From the NCBI GenBank assembly GCA_029857995.1, contig JAOUFZ010000001.1, positions 1 through 46,622 on the forward strand: a DNA stretch of 46,622 bases. The letters run 5' to 3'. The translations under genes and the position numbers were made by a program. The notes beneath the pieces are model-generated. The model saw only the letters and a list, made by a program, of their open reading frames with translations, had not been told where the DNA came from and did not search any database. This DNA is from Dehalococcoidia bacterium. Its GTDB lineage: Bacteria > Chloroflexota > Dehalococcoidia > GIF9 > AB-539-J10. Shown piece after piece: positions 35,084-42,745 of the stretch (within the stretch, counting starts at the first letter, position 1; each line of letters begins with the position of its first letter).

Positions 35084-36241
35084 TTAGAAAAGATAACAGG
35101 CCACCATATGGTCCTTGGCGACCGCCTTAAGTTTGGGCCTCTCCTGCTGGCACAGCGGTGTAGCGCTCGGGCACCGTGGGTGAAAACGGCAACCCGGCGG
35201 CGGGTTCAAGGCGTCGGCCAGTGCTCCCGGTATGGTCTGCAGTTCCTTTCCCGGCATAGGAACGGCGTCCAGCAAAGCCCTGGTATAAGGATGTAAGGGA
35301 TGGAGGAATAGTTCTTCGACGGTGCATACCTCGCAGAGTCTGCCGGCGTACATAACCGCCACCCGGTCGCAGACTTCGGAGGCCACTCCCAGGTTATGAG
35401 TAACAAAAAGAACAGAAGCCCCTTTGTCCGCCTTGATGCGCCGGAATAGTTCCAGCATCTGCGCTTGAATAGTGACATCGAGCGAAGTAGTTGGCTCATC
35501 GGCGATGAGAAGCTCCGGAGAGCAGGCCAGTGCCATGGCAATCACCGCCCGCTGTTTCATCCCCCCGGAAAGCTCGTGAGGGTACTCAGCGGCCACACGG
35601 GCCGCGTCGGGGATTTCTACATCTTTTAGCATATCAACCGTGAGCAGGCTGGCCTCATCTTTTAATCGCCAGAGAAGCCGCCTGAACAGCGGGATATGGC
35701 TTAGGAGGCGGGGCTCAAGGGCATGAGGCTCCTCGGCTATCTTGTCATAAATTCTCGACTGCCAGTGCCAGAAAGGCCTCTTCAGGCCAGCGCCAAAGCC
35801 ATTTCCGTCGTTGAGCAGGTTATCTACCCGCTCCCTCGCCCGGCGGCCCAGCTCCTGGCGCCGGTGAAGCAGGAACACTTCGGAGATCTGGTCACCGATG
35901 GTATAGACGGGGTTCAAAGCAGCCCCCGGCTCCTGGAAGACCATGGATATCTTGTTGCCGCGAATGGCCCTCATCCTATCCTCTCTCAATTTCAGCAACT
36001 CAACTTCACCGCCGCTATCCCTATCACAGAAGACGATACTGCCCGATTCTATCTTACCGGGGTAGGGGACAAGGCGGAGGATCGCCAGAGCGGTCATTGA
36101 CTTTCCCGAACCGGTTTCGCCCACTATCCCCAGTGTCTCCCCCTGCCTGATGTCCAGGTCCAGGTCATCGATGGCGTGGACAACACCCTCATAAGTGTAA
36201 AACCTGACCGAGAGGTCTCTTATCCTGATAAGGTCTTTCAT
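35084..36241 (-). CDS. peptide ABC transporter ATP-binding protein (OppD/DppD type) with an extra internal segment
   Basis: It has Walker A GETGSGKS, the signature LSGGMKQR, Walker B ADEPTTSLD and the tail NPPPGCRFHPRC. Confidence 0.9.
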   Translation of the reverse strand: MKDLIRIRDLSVRFYTYEGVVHAIDDLDLDIRQGETLGIVGETGSGKSMTALAILRLVPYPGKIESGSIVFCDRDSGGEVELLKLREDRMRAIRGNKISMVFQEPGAALNPVYTIGDQISEVFLLHRRQELGRRARERVDNLLNDGNGFGAGLKRPFWHWQSRIYDKIAEEPHALEPRLLSHIPLFRRLLWRLKDEASLLTVDMLKDVEIPDAARVAAEYPHELSGGMKQRAVIAMALACSPELLIADEPTTSLDVTIQAQMLELFRRIKADKGASVLFVTHNLGVASEVCDRVAVMYAGRLCEVCTVEELFLHPLHPYTRALLDAVPMPGKELQTIPGALADALNPPPGCRFHPRCPSATPLCQQERPKLKAVAKDHMVACYLF

Positions 36242-37132
36242 CTAACGTCTGGCCAACCTGGGATCGAAAATATCCCTGAACGCATCACCGAGAAGGTTCC
36301 AACCCAGCACGAAAAAGAGGATGAACAGGCCGGGAATGGTCACCGCGTACCAGTACTTCAAAGGGTCACCGGGCGGCCCCACGATCCAGTTACGGGCGAA
36401 TGAAGTCAGCTGCCCCCAGTCGGCGTAGCCTTCGGGTGCGCCCAGTCCCAGAAAACTCAGTGCTGCCGCTGACAGCACCACCGCCCCTATGTCCAGTGAA
36501 GCCATGATAAGTGTGGGGTAAATAGCGTTGGGCAGCGCATGGCGGAGTATGACCCTGGCACTTGAGGCACCCAACCCACGGGAAGCCTCGATGTAGTCCT
36601 CCTCACGGACCTGGAGTATGTCGCCGCGGATGAGACGCGCATAGGAGGGCCACGAGACCACGGTAAGAGCGATTATGACGGTGTTCAGGCTGGGCCCTAA
36701 AGCAGCGACGATTGCCATAGCCAGAATTAGCGCCGGGAAGGCCAGAAAAACGTCGGTGATGCGCATAATAATTTCGTCGACGATGCCACCGAAGTAACCG
36801 GCCAGACTACCCAACAGGATGCCTATAACGACCACAATGCCAATTACCACCAGGCCTACGCGAAACGCAGAGCGGGTGCCCCAGATAACCCCGTAGAAGA
36901 TATCATACTGCCCCTGGGTGGTGCCAAAGATATGGTCCTCGCTGGGGGGTTCTGGTTGCGCTCTGTAGCCGTCGCGGGGTATCATATAGGGGCGTTGTTG
37001 GTGACTCTCCGGAGTCGGAGCAATAAGAGGAGCGAAGATGGCGATGAAGACAAAGATGACGATGATTATGATTCCGAGGAGCGAAAGCGGGTTCCTGACA
37101 AGCTGCCGGGCCGTGAATTTCCAGTCGGTCAT
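36242..37132 (-). CDS. peptide ABC transporter permease (OppC/DppC type)
   Basis: 296 aa polytopic membrane protein. An EAA-like loop (YIEASRGLGAS) is present. Confidence 0.9.
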   Translation of the reverse strand: MTDWKFTARQLVRNPLSLLGIIIIVIFVFIAIFAPLIAPTPESHQQRPYMIPRDGYRAQPEPPSEDHIFGTTQGQYDIFYGVIWGTRSAFRVGLVVIGIVVVIGILLGSLAGYFGGIVDEIIMRITDVFLAFPALILAMAIVAALGPSLNTVIIALTVVSWPSYARLIRGDILQVREEDYIEASRGLGASSARVILRHALPNAIYPTLIMASLDIGAVVLSAAALSFLGLGAPEGYADWGQLTSFARNWIVGPPGDPLKYWYAVTIPGLFILFFVLGWNLLGDAFRDIFDPRLARR

Positions 37133-38175
37133 TGCACTCCTTGTCCTAGCCTAACTCTCGGGTCGACGCGGGTGTAGAGGACATCCACCACCAGGTTGAC
37201 CAGCACGAACAGGACGGCATTAAACAGCGCGAAGCCGAGCACCGAAGATATGTCCAGGTTGATGGCCGACTGCCAGGCCCACCAGCCGATGCCCTTGAAG
37301 TTAAAGATGGTCTCGGTAATGACGACACCATTCGCCAGGGCGGCAAACACGTAACCCGATACGGTTATCACCGGGATGAGGGCATTGCGGCGGGCATGCT
37401 TGTTGACCACCACCCTTTCGGCAAGCCCCTTGGCCCTAGCGGTGAGAATGTATCCCTTACCCAGAGACTCCAGCATGCTGGAGCGCATCAGCCTCATAAT
37501 AAAGGCCACGTTGACAACCGAAAGTGTAACCACCGGCAAGACCAGATGTCTTAAGGCGTCCAGAAAGACCGGCCCGTCAAGATTGAGGATGGCATCAATG
37601 GTGTTGATATGGGTGTAACGGATAAACGGTGCGGCGTTAACCAGAAGGTCTATCTGGACACTCAGGCGGCCCGGCGGCAGGAAGCCCCTGAGGAACCCAT
37701 AGAAGATCATCAGCAACATCAAGCCCAGCCAGAAGGTGGGCAGCGACCATCCCAGGATGGCCGCTACACGTGTGCCATGGTCAAGGGGCCTGTCTTTGTG
37801 GGCGGCGGCTGTGGTACCTAAAAGGATGCCGAGCAAAATGATAAGCGGCGTGGCGAATATAGCCAGCTCCAGCGTAGCCGGCAGGAATTGAATGATGGCG
37901 TCCGACACAGGCTGCGAGACTACTTTTGAATACCCTAGGTTACCGGTGAACACCTGGCCCAGCCAGGTACCGTATTGCACCACGAACGGCTGATCAAGAC
38001 CGTACCGCTCGATGACAGCCGGCAGGTCTGCCAGTTGCTTCGCGTCACGGACATAAAGCATTGCACGCTGTGTCGGGCTGAACATCATGGTAATGCCGAA
38101 GATAAACAAGGTCACCCCGAGCAGCACCGGGATAAGAAGAAGCAACCGGCGGATAATATAGGACCTTAGTTCCAA
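37129..38175 (-). CDS. peptide ABC transporter permease (OppB/DppB type)
   Basis: 348 aa. It has YIIRRLLLLIPVLLGV at the N-terminus and ARAKGL in the EAA loop. Confidence 0.9.
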   Translation of the reverse strand: MELRSYIIRRLLLLIPVLLGVTLFIFGITMMFSPTQRAMLYVRDAKQLADLPAVIERYGLDQPFVVQYGTWLGQVFTGNLGYSKVVSQPVSDAIIQFLPATLELAIFATPLIILLGILLGTTAAAHKDRPLDHGTRVAAILGWSLPTFWLGLMLLMIFYGFLRGFLPPGRLSVQIDLLVNAAPFIRYTHINTIDAILNLDGPVFLDALRHLVLPVVTLSVVNVAFIMRLMRSSMLESLGKGYILTARAKGLAERVVVNKHARRNALIPVITVSGYVFAALANGVVITETIFNFKGIGWWAWQSAINLDISSVLGFALFNAVLFVLVNLVVDVLYTRVDPRVRLGQGVQ

Positions 38176-38196
38176 AGTACGCCTTTATATCATAAA

Positions 38197-38224
38197 GAGA
38201 CCCCCGCCTGCAAGCGGGGGTCTC
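38197..38224 (-). terminator. GC-rich hairpin between the binding-protein gene and the permease genes (intra-operon attenuator or terminator)
   Basis: GAGACCCCCGC-CTGCAA-GCGGGGGTCTC has an 11-bp perfect stem. Read on the minus (coding) strand it is followed by TTTATGAT. Confidence 0.5.
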
Positions 38225-38274
38225 TTGCCTGTTGCACCAAGCTCATGAGTAGCCCGGTAATATCACCCCTTGCT

Positions 38275-40065
38275 TCAGGATGCCGACTTGCTCATGTAAT
38301 ACAGAGGTCCTGCGTCGCCAGGGATCATCGGGTTAAAGAAGAAGCCATGTATATACTTGGTGAACCAGCGCCTCCCTGTCGGCTGCCAGCACATGATAGC
38401 AGGAGCATCGTCGTACCAAATCTGCTGGAGTTCATAGTACTTGTCCAGCTGCTCCTCGGGGTCCAGCTCGAGGAGGGCAGCCTCAATCGTGGCGTCAAGC
38501 TCAGCAGAGCCATAACTCATGAATTTAGAGAAGGTGCCATAGGTAGACATGAAAGGCGCGACGAAATTGTGGGCGTGAGGATAGTCACCCCCCCAGCCAC
38601 AGGCATAAAGCACCAACCGGTAGCTCCTGAGGAGTGGCACCATTCCAGTGCCCCAAGGCAGCCCCACGACGGCGACCTGGAATTTGTTATTGATCTCGAA
38701 TAGGTTCTCGGCCAGGATCTCCATGGCAGCCTTACGCATGTCGTTTCCGCTGTTGTAGATTGCGGTGAATTTGAATCCCTTCTCCCAGACCTGACCGCCC
38801 CAGGCGGCCTTCAGGTGTTCTTCGGCCTTCGCCAGGTCATAGGTGTAACGGGAGGCATCGGGATTGTAGCCGAGAAGGCCTTCAACGATCGGTGAAGGTG
38901 GAGTTATGCCCTCATCCAGCATAATATCTCTGATGGCCGTCTCATAGTCGAAGGCATACAGGAAACCCTTGCGCACGTCTGGGTCAGAGAAGAAGTCCCC
39001 CGGGATGCCGTTTCCGTCAAGCTGACCAGTGCCGATGTAGTCGTTGTCTTCAGTCTCGATATCCTGATTCATGAACATAGAAGTAACCGCAAGCTCACCC
39101 AGGTCTTTGATTTTGAGGAGATCAGCAACACCCTCAATCTCAGGGATGTACATCTTGTCCACGAGGACAAAGTCGGCATCCCCGGCCAGGAGCGCCTGCT
39201 TTCGGGTAGTCCATTCCTCGACCAGCTGGCTGATGACAAAGTCAAACGGCGCAGGCTCTCGCCAGTAGTCATCGAATCTCTCCAGTTTGAACTGTACGCC
39301 GTGTTCCCACTGGTTCAGTTTCCAGGGGCCGGTACCGTTCATGTGGGTCCACAGGTAAGTGGTGCCGTCTTCCTGCTGGTAATGGTTTGGAATGTCGGCT
39401 TCAGTGCCATCCCATTCCCCGTTGGCAATGCACCATTCCTTGTCCACTATCGAGCCCCAGCCGCCGCAGATAGTCTGGAGCCAAATCAATGTATAGCCAG
39501 CATCAGCTAACGTAAACACAACGTTATTGCCGTCAACCTCTACCGTCGCGTCGACATCCGCGAAAGTGAGGCCGGCATACTCACCCGCGAGTAGCAGCGG
39601 CTCGAAAAGCATCCAGGTAGGTCCGCCAAGTCTGTCATAGATCATCGCCCGCTCGAACGAGTACTCCACATCTTCAGGGCTCAAGTCGCCACCTTCGTGG
39701 AACTTAACGCCCTGGCGGATCGTGAAGGTCCAGGTAAGGTCTGCAGCGTTCCATACCCAGTCTGTAGCCAGCTGTCCCACGAAGTCACCAGCCGCTCCAC
39801 GGTCGTAGTCGACGAGTGTTTCATAGACAAGGTCTATCTGCTCGCCGCTGGCATTATCGTAGGACGCTGCCGGATCAAGGGTCTCTGGTTCTCCGATGGT
39901 CATCTGGACAAATATACCATCGTTCTTGTAGGGTATCGCAGGTCCCCCGTTTTCTTCTTCTTCCTCTTCTTCACCGGTTTGAGTACAGGCCGGAAATGCG
40001 ACAAGAGCGAGGGTTAACAGGGCAATTATGACTATCCAGCCCAATTTTGAAAGTCTTTTACTCAA
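38275..40065 (-). CDS. ABC transporter substrate-binding lipoprotein, family 5 (OppA/DppA type)
   Basis: 596 aa with a TTG start preceded by AAAGGAGG. It has a signal peptide plus lipobox (LVAFPAC), then a poly-Glu linker. SBP_bac_5-like sequence runs throughout. Confidence 0.9.
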   Translation of the reverse strand: MSKRLSKLGWIVIIALLTLALVAFPACTQTGEEEEEEENGGPAIPYKNDGIFVQMTIGEPETLDPAASYDNASGEQIDLVYETLVDYDRGAAGDFVGQLATDWVWNAADLTWTFTIRQGVKFHEGGDLSPEDVEYSFERAMIYDRLGGPTWMLFEPLLLAGEYAGLTFADVDATVEVDGNNVVFTLADAGYTLIWLQTICGGWGSIVDKEWCIANGEWDGTEADIPNHYQQEDGTTYLWTHMNGTGPWKLNQWEHGVQFKLERFDDYWREPAPFDFVISQLVEEWTTRKQALLAGDADFVLVDKMYIPEIEGVADLLKIKDLGELAVTSMFMNQDIETEDNDYIGTGQLDGNGIPGDFFSDPDVRKGFLYAFDYETAIRDIMLDEGITPPSPIVEGLLGYNPDASRYTYDLAKAEEHLKAAWGGQVWEKGFKFTAIYNSGNDMRKAAMEILAENLFEINNKFQVAVVGLPWGTGMVPLLRSYRLVLYACGWGGDYPHAHNFVAPFMSTYGTFSKFMSYGSAELDATIEAALLELDPEEQLDKYYELQQIWYDDAPAIMCWQPTGRRWFTKYIHGFFFNPMIPGDAGPLYYMSKSAS

Positions 40066-40625
40066 TTCTAACCTCCTTTACCTAATTTTCTTCATTTCCT
40101 TCATCCACACTACATCCCCTAGTTGTTGTTTGGATTCATTTAACACTATTTCGCTGTTAAGTTGCCCTCCTTTCTACTTGTTTTTACCCATGTTATTTGT
40201 CGTTACCACAATCCGCACTACAAAGTTCTTTTCCGTCCTTTGCACCCTTGTCGGATTCGTCCAAAATCCAGTTCTGCAAACTCTGCTTCGATAGGCATCA
40301 CCCCCCCTTCTCTGGCTTTATCTTTAAGAATATCCTACCAATGTTAAAATCCTGTTAAGTAAATCCATAAACGCGTTCTGTCGAGATCTTTTCACAATTT
40401 TGTCCGCATCCATACAAAAAGCCAGCAAACCAGGGAAACAGATGTTAAGCACCGGCTGTGGTACGAATTCACAATAGCAGCCTCACAAAAGGAAATTGCG
40501 CTCTTTCTCGAGAATAAACTGTGCCCGCGCCTAGGCATAGCTAGGGTAAATTTGTATGATAACGTGCCTGTGGGTATTTGTCAACAGGGTGTATTCGTTC
40601 AGTACCCTGGTGACACTTGTTTCCT

Positions 40626-40679
40626 GTCATTGTGAGGAGCAGAATTCCTCGCTAATGCTCGAAACAAGCTAGGCAATAT
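40626..40679 (+). repeat. possible degenerate or expanded member of the same repeat family
   Basis: It starts GTCATTGTGAGGAGC and ends AGGCAATAT. An internal GAGGA...TCCTC hairpin is present. Only the termini resemble the family. Confidence 0.3.
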
Positions 40680-40698
40680 TGGTTCGTGTCTCCTTTTT

Positions 40699-40733
40699 AT
40701 CATTGCGAGGCACGACTGTGCCGAAGCAATCTC
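40699..40733 (+). repeat. repeat family copy 3, variant with a different central hairpin
   Basis: ATCATTGCGAG-GCACGACTGTGC-CGAAGCAATCTC has the same termini as copies 1 and 2. The central GCAC-GACT-GTGC forms a stem-loop. Confidence 0.7.
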
Positions 40734-40746
40734 AGTCGAGGACAAT

Positions 40747-40774
40747 GAGATTGCCACGCTTCGCTCGCAATGAC
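40747..40774 (-). repeat. repeat family copy 4, inverted orientation
   Basis: The reverse complement reads GTCATTGCGAGCGAAGCGTGGCAATCTC, matching copy 1 at 26/28 positions. Confidence 0.8.
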
Positions 40775-40856
40775 ACCTGGTAATTAGTAATCAATCTCGC
40801 GCAACGCTAATTGTTGCTCTAATCTGGATTTTTCAATATACTGACAAATATAACTG

Positions 40857-42584
40857 ATGGAAGTGGACTGGCAAATAACCAATCTCGTCATCACAGGTTT
40901 CTCAGGCACCGGTAAATCTCTGGTGGCTAAAGAGATAGCTCGGAGATTAAATTGGGATTTTCTGGATACCGATGATGAGATAGTTAAACAAGCTGGTAAG
41001 CCTATCGCCGAGATTTTTCGTCAGGATGGGGAAGGCAGGTTCAGGGGACTGGAGCGGGAGACAATTAGAAAAGCTTGCCAGCAAAGGCAGACAGTCATAG
41101 CTATTGGCGGTGGTGCCATAATTGACCCGCAAAACTATGAGCTGCTGGCCAGAACCGGGATAATTGTCTGTCTGGAGGCTAAGCCTGAGACAATCTATGA
41201 ACGCTTGTTCCATGAAGCTGCTTGTAGCCCTGAGACTGAAGTTCGCCCCCTTTTAGCTGCCGATAACCCTTTGGAACGCATCAGGCAGCTTAAAGCCTCC
41301 CGGCAGGCTTACTACGCCAAAGCGGATTGGACAATCCATACTGACGGCTTAAGCATCAGTGAAGTAGCAGAAGAAGTAATAAGGGCCTGGAGATTGCTTC
41401 GTCGCGCTCACCCTCATTTTGATCCTCTCCCCTCAAAGGAGAGGAAATTAGACTCAGAGCTGAAGGCGAATGATGAAGTCGCCTGCGTGGTGGAGACTGC
41501 TACTCAAAGTTATCCCGTCTTCGTTGGCTACGGCCTATGGGACAAACTCGGTGAAAAGATGAAGCAAGCTGCTTTGTCCGGCAAAGTGACCATAATCAGC
41601 GATGAGAATGTTTTTTCTCTTTATGGGAGCAAAGTTGAGGGAGTCCTCAAAAATGCTGGCTTTTCAGTTAATTCCTTTGTCGTGCCGCCGGGTGAAGAAA
41701 CGAAAAGCATGGACTCTGCCATCAAAATCTATGATTTTCTGGTCGAACATCGAACGGAGCGGGACGATATCATTGTCGCCCTGGGTGGGGGCATGGTAGG
41801 TGACTTAGCCGGCTTTGTGGCGGCCACCTTCTTGCGGGGCATGCCCTGGGTACAAGTGCCGACCAGTCTAGTAGCCATGGTTGATGCCAGTATCGGGGGC
41901 AAGGTCGGTGTTAATCATCGTGAGGGGAAAAACCTTATCGGCGCCTTCTATCAGCCTAACCTGGTTCTGGCTGACTGTCAGGCTCTTACTACTCTGCCTC
42001 AGCGTGAGTTGACCTCAGGCTGGGCCGAGGTTATTAAGCATGGCTTGATTCTAGATAAGGAATTTTTTGAATTCCTGGAGACTAATGTCGACAATCTAAG
42101 AAAACTAGAGCCGATGTTGCTTACCCAGGCTATTGCCCGCAGCGCTGCTATCAAAGCTCAGGTCGTCAGTCAGGATGAAAAAGAAAGAGAAGGGAAGCGT
42201 ACCATCTTGAATTATGGACATACTATCGCTCACGGATTGGAGGCGGCTACTCGGTATAAGCGCTTCCTTCATGGCGAAGCGGTAGCCATTGGCATGGTGG
42301 GAGCCGCTAAGCTCAGTCAGCGGTTAGGTCTTTTGCCTTCAGCGGGAGTGGAGCGCCAGCAAGCCCTGCTGCAGAAATTCGGGTTGCCCACGTCATTGCG
42401 GCCGAAGCGAAGCAATCTCAAGTTGAGCATTGACGGGGTAACCAGGGCCATGGAACTGGACAAGAAAGTGATAGAAAAGGCAATTCGTTGGGTGCTGTTA
42501 CAAGATATCGGCAAAGCAGTGATTCGTAGCGATGTGCATCGAGAGGACGTGTTGGCTGTTCTTCAGGAACTAGTGGAGCTATGA
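40857..42584 (+). CDS. bifunctional shikimate kinase / 3-dehydroquinate synthase (AroK-AroB fusion)
   Basis: The N-terminal ~170 aa has Walker A GFSGTGKS, DTD and GGG (shikimate kinase). The C-terminal ~370 aa has GGGMVGDLAGF, GGKVGVN and the HGHT/HGEAVA metal ligands of AroB. It is one uninterrupted ORF. Confidence 0.9.
   Translation: MEVDWQITNLVITGFSGTGKSLVAKEIARRLNWDFLDTDDEIVKQAGKPIAEIFRQDGEGRFRGLERETIRKACQQRQTVIAIGGGAIIDPQNYELLARTGIIVCLEAKPETIYERLFHEAACSPETEVRPLLAADNPLERIRQLKASRQAYYAKADWTIHTDGLSISEVAEEVIRAWRLLRRAHPHFDPLPSKERKLDSELKANDEVACVVETATQSYPVFVGYGLWDKLGEKMKQAALSGKVTIISDENVFSLYGSKVEGVLKNAGFSVNSFVVPPGEETKSMDSAIKIYDFLVEHRTERDDIIVALGGGMVGDLAGFVAATFLRGMPWVQVPTSLVAMVDASIGGKVGVNHREGKNLIGAFYQPNLVLADCQALTTLPQRELTSGWAEVIKHGLILDKEFFEFLETNVDNLRKLEPMLLTQAIARSAAIKAQVVSQDEKEREGKRTILNYGHTIAHGLEAATRYKRFLHGEAVAIGMVGAAKLSQRLGLLPSAGVERQQALLQKFGLPTSLRPKRSNLKLSIDGVTRAMELDKKVIEKAIRWVLLQDIGKAVIRSDVHREDVLAVLQELVEL
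41424..41444 (+). other. 7-bp stem hairpin (CCTCTCC-CCTCAAA-GGAGAGG) in the AroK-AroB linker codons
   Basis: The stem is a perfect inverted repeat and encodes PLPSKER. The 3' arm is part of a 15-mer identical to the rpsR ribosome-binding region (9985-9999). Confidence 0.6.
42392..42419 (+). repeat. 28-nt hairpin-type repeat, copy 2 (inside the aroB domain)
   Basis: GTCATTGCGGCCGAAGCGAAGCAATCTC matches copy 1 at 26/28 positions. It is translated in another frame as SLRPKRSNL. Confidence 0.85.
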
Positions 42585-42597
42585 CTTCTTTGTTCAA

Positions 42598-42626
42598 TTG
42601 AAAGCCTACCTTCCATAAGCTATAAT
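42598..42626 (+). promoter_or_regulatory. sigma-70-type promoter upstream of aspS (TTGAAA-17-TATAAT)
   Basis: TTGAAA at 42598-42603, a 17-nt spacer, and TATAAT at 42621-42626. It lies about 120 nt upstream of the TTG start. Confidence 0.5.
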
Positions 42627-42745
42627 GACCAGTCTAAAGCAACCCCAGGAAGTTTTGTGACTTATTGGAGACCCTGATGATTTGACTCACCAGGTTCCCA
42701 TGAAAATTGCAGGATTCTCGTGGGATTTAGAATGGGAGATTACCT

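Noticed and set aside
34244-35296. Two long plus-strand ORFs (159 and 190 aa) antisense to the OppF/OppD-like ATPase genes
   Set aside because: These are shadow ORFs in the GC-richer block. They have no motifs, and the opposite strand carries unmistakable Walker A/B and ABC signature motifs.
38245-38703. 152-aa plus-strand ORF overlapping the 3' end of the oppA-like gene
   Set aside because: It is an antisense shadow ORF, and its start lies in the hairpin-containing gap without an SD.
39952-39972. TTC/CTC-rich low-complexity run
   Set aside because: It simply encodes the poly-Glu linker (EEEEEEE) after the lipobox of the binding protein. It is not an independent repeat element.
40218-40298. 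26-codon minus-strand ORF (MPIEAEFAELDFGRIRQGCKGRKRTL) preceded by a G-run
   Set aside because: It is too short, and the G-run abuts the ATG without proper spacing. There is no way to support it from sequence alone.
40028-40347. Two plus-strand ORFs (88 and 61 aa) in the oppA-aroKB intergenic region
   Set aside because: They show Leu/Phe/Ser-rich low-complexity translation of a pyrimidine-rich tract. No SD is present, and the first overlaps the oppA-like start region.
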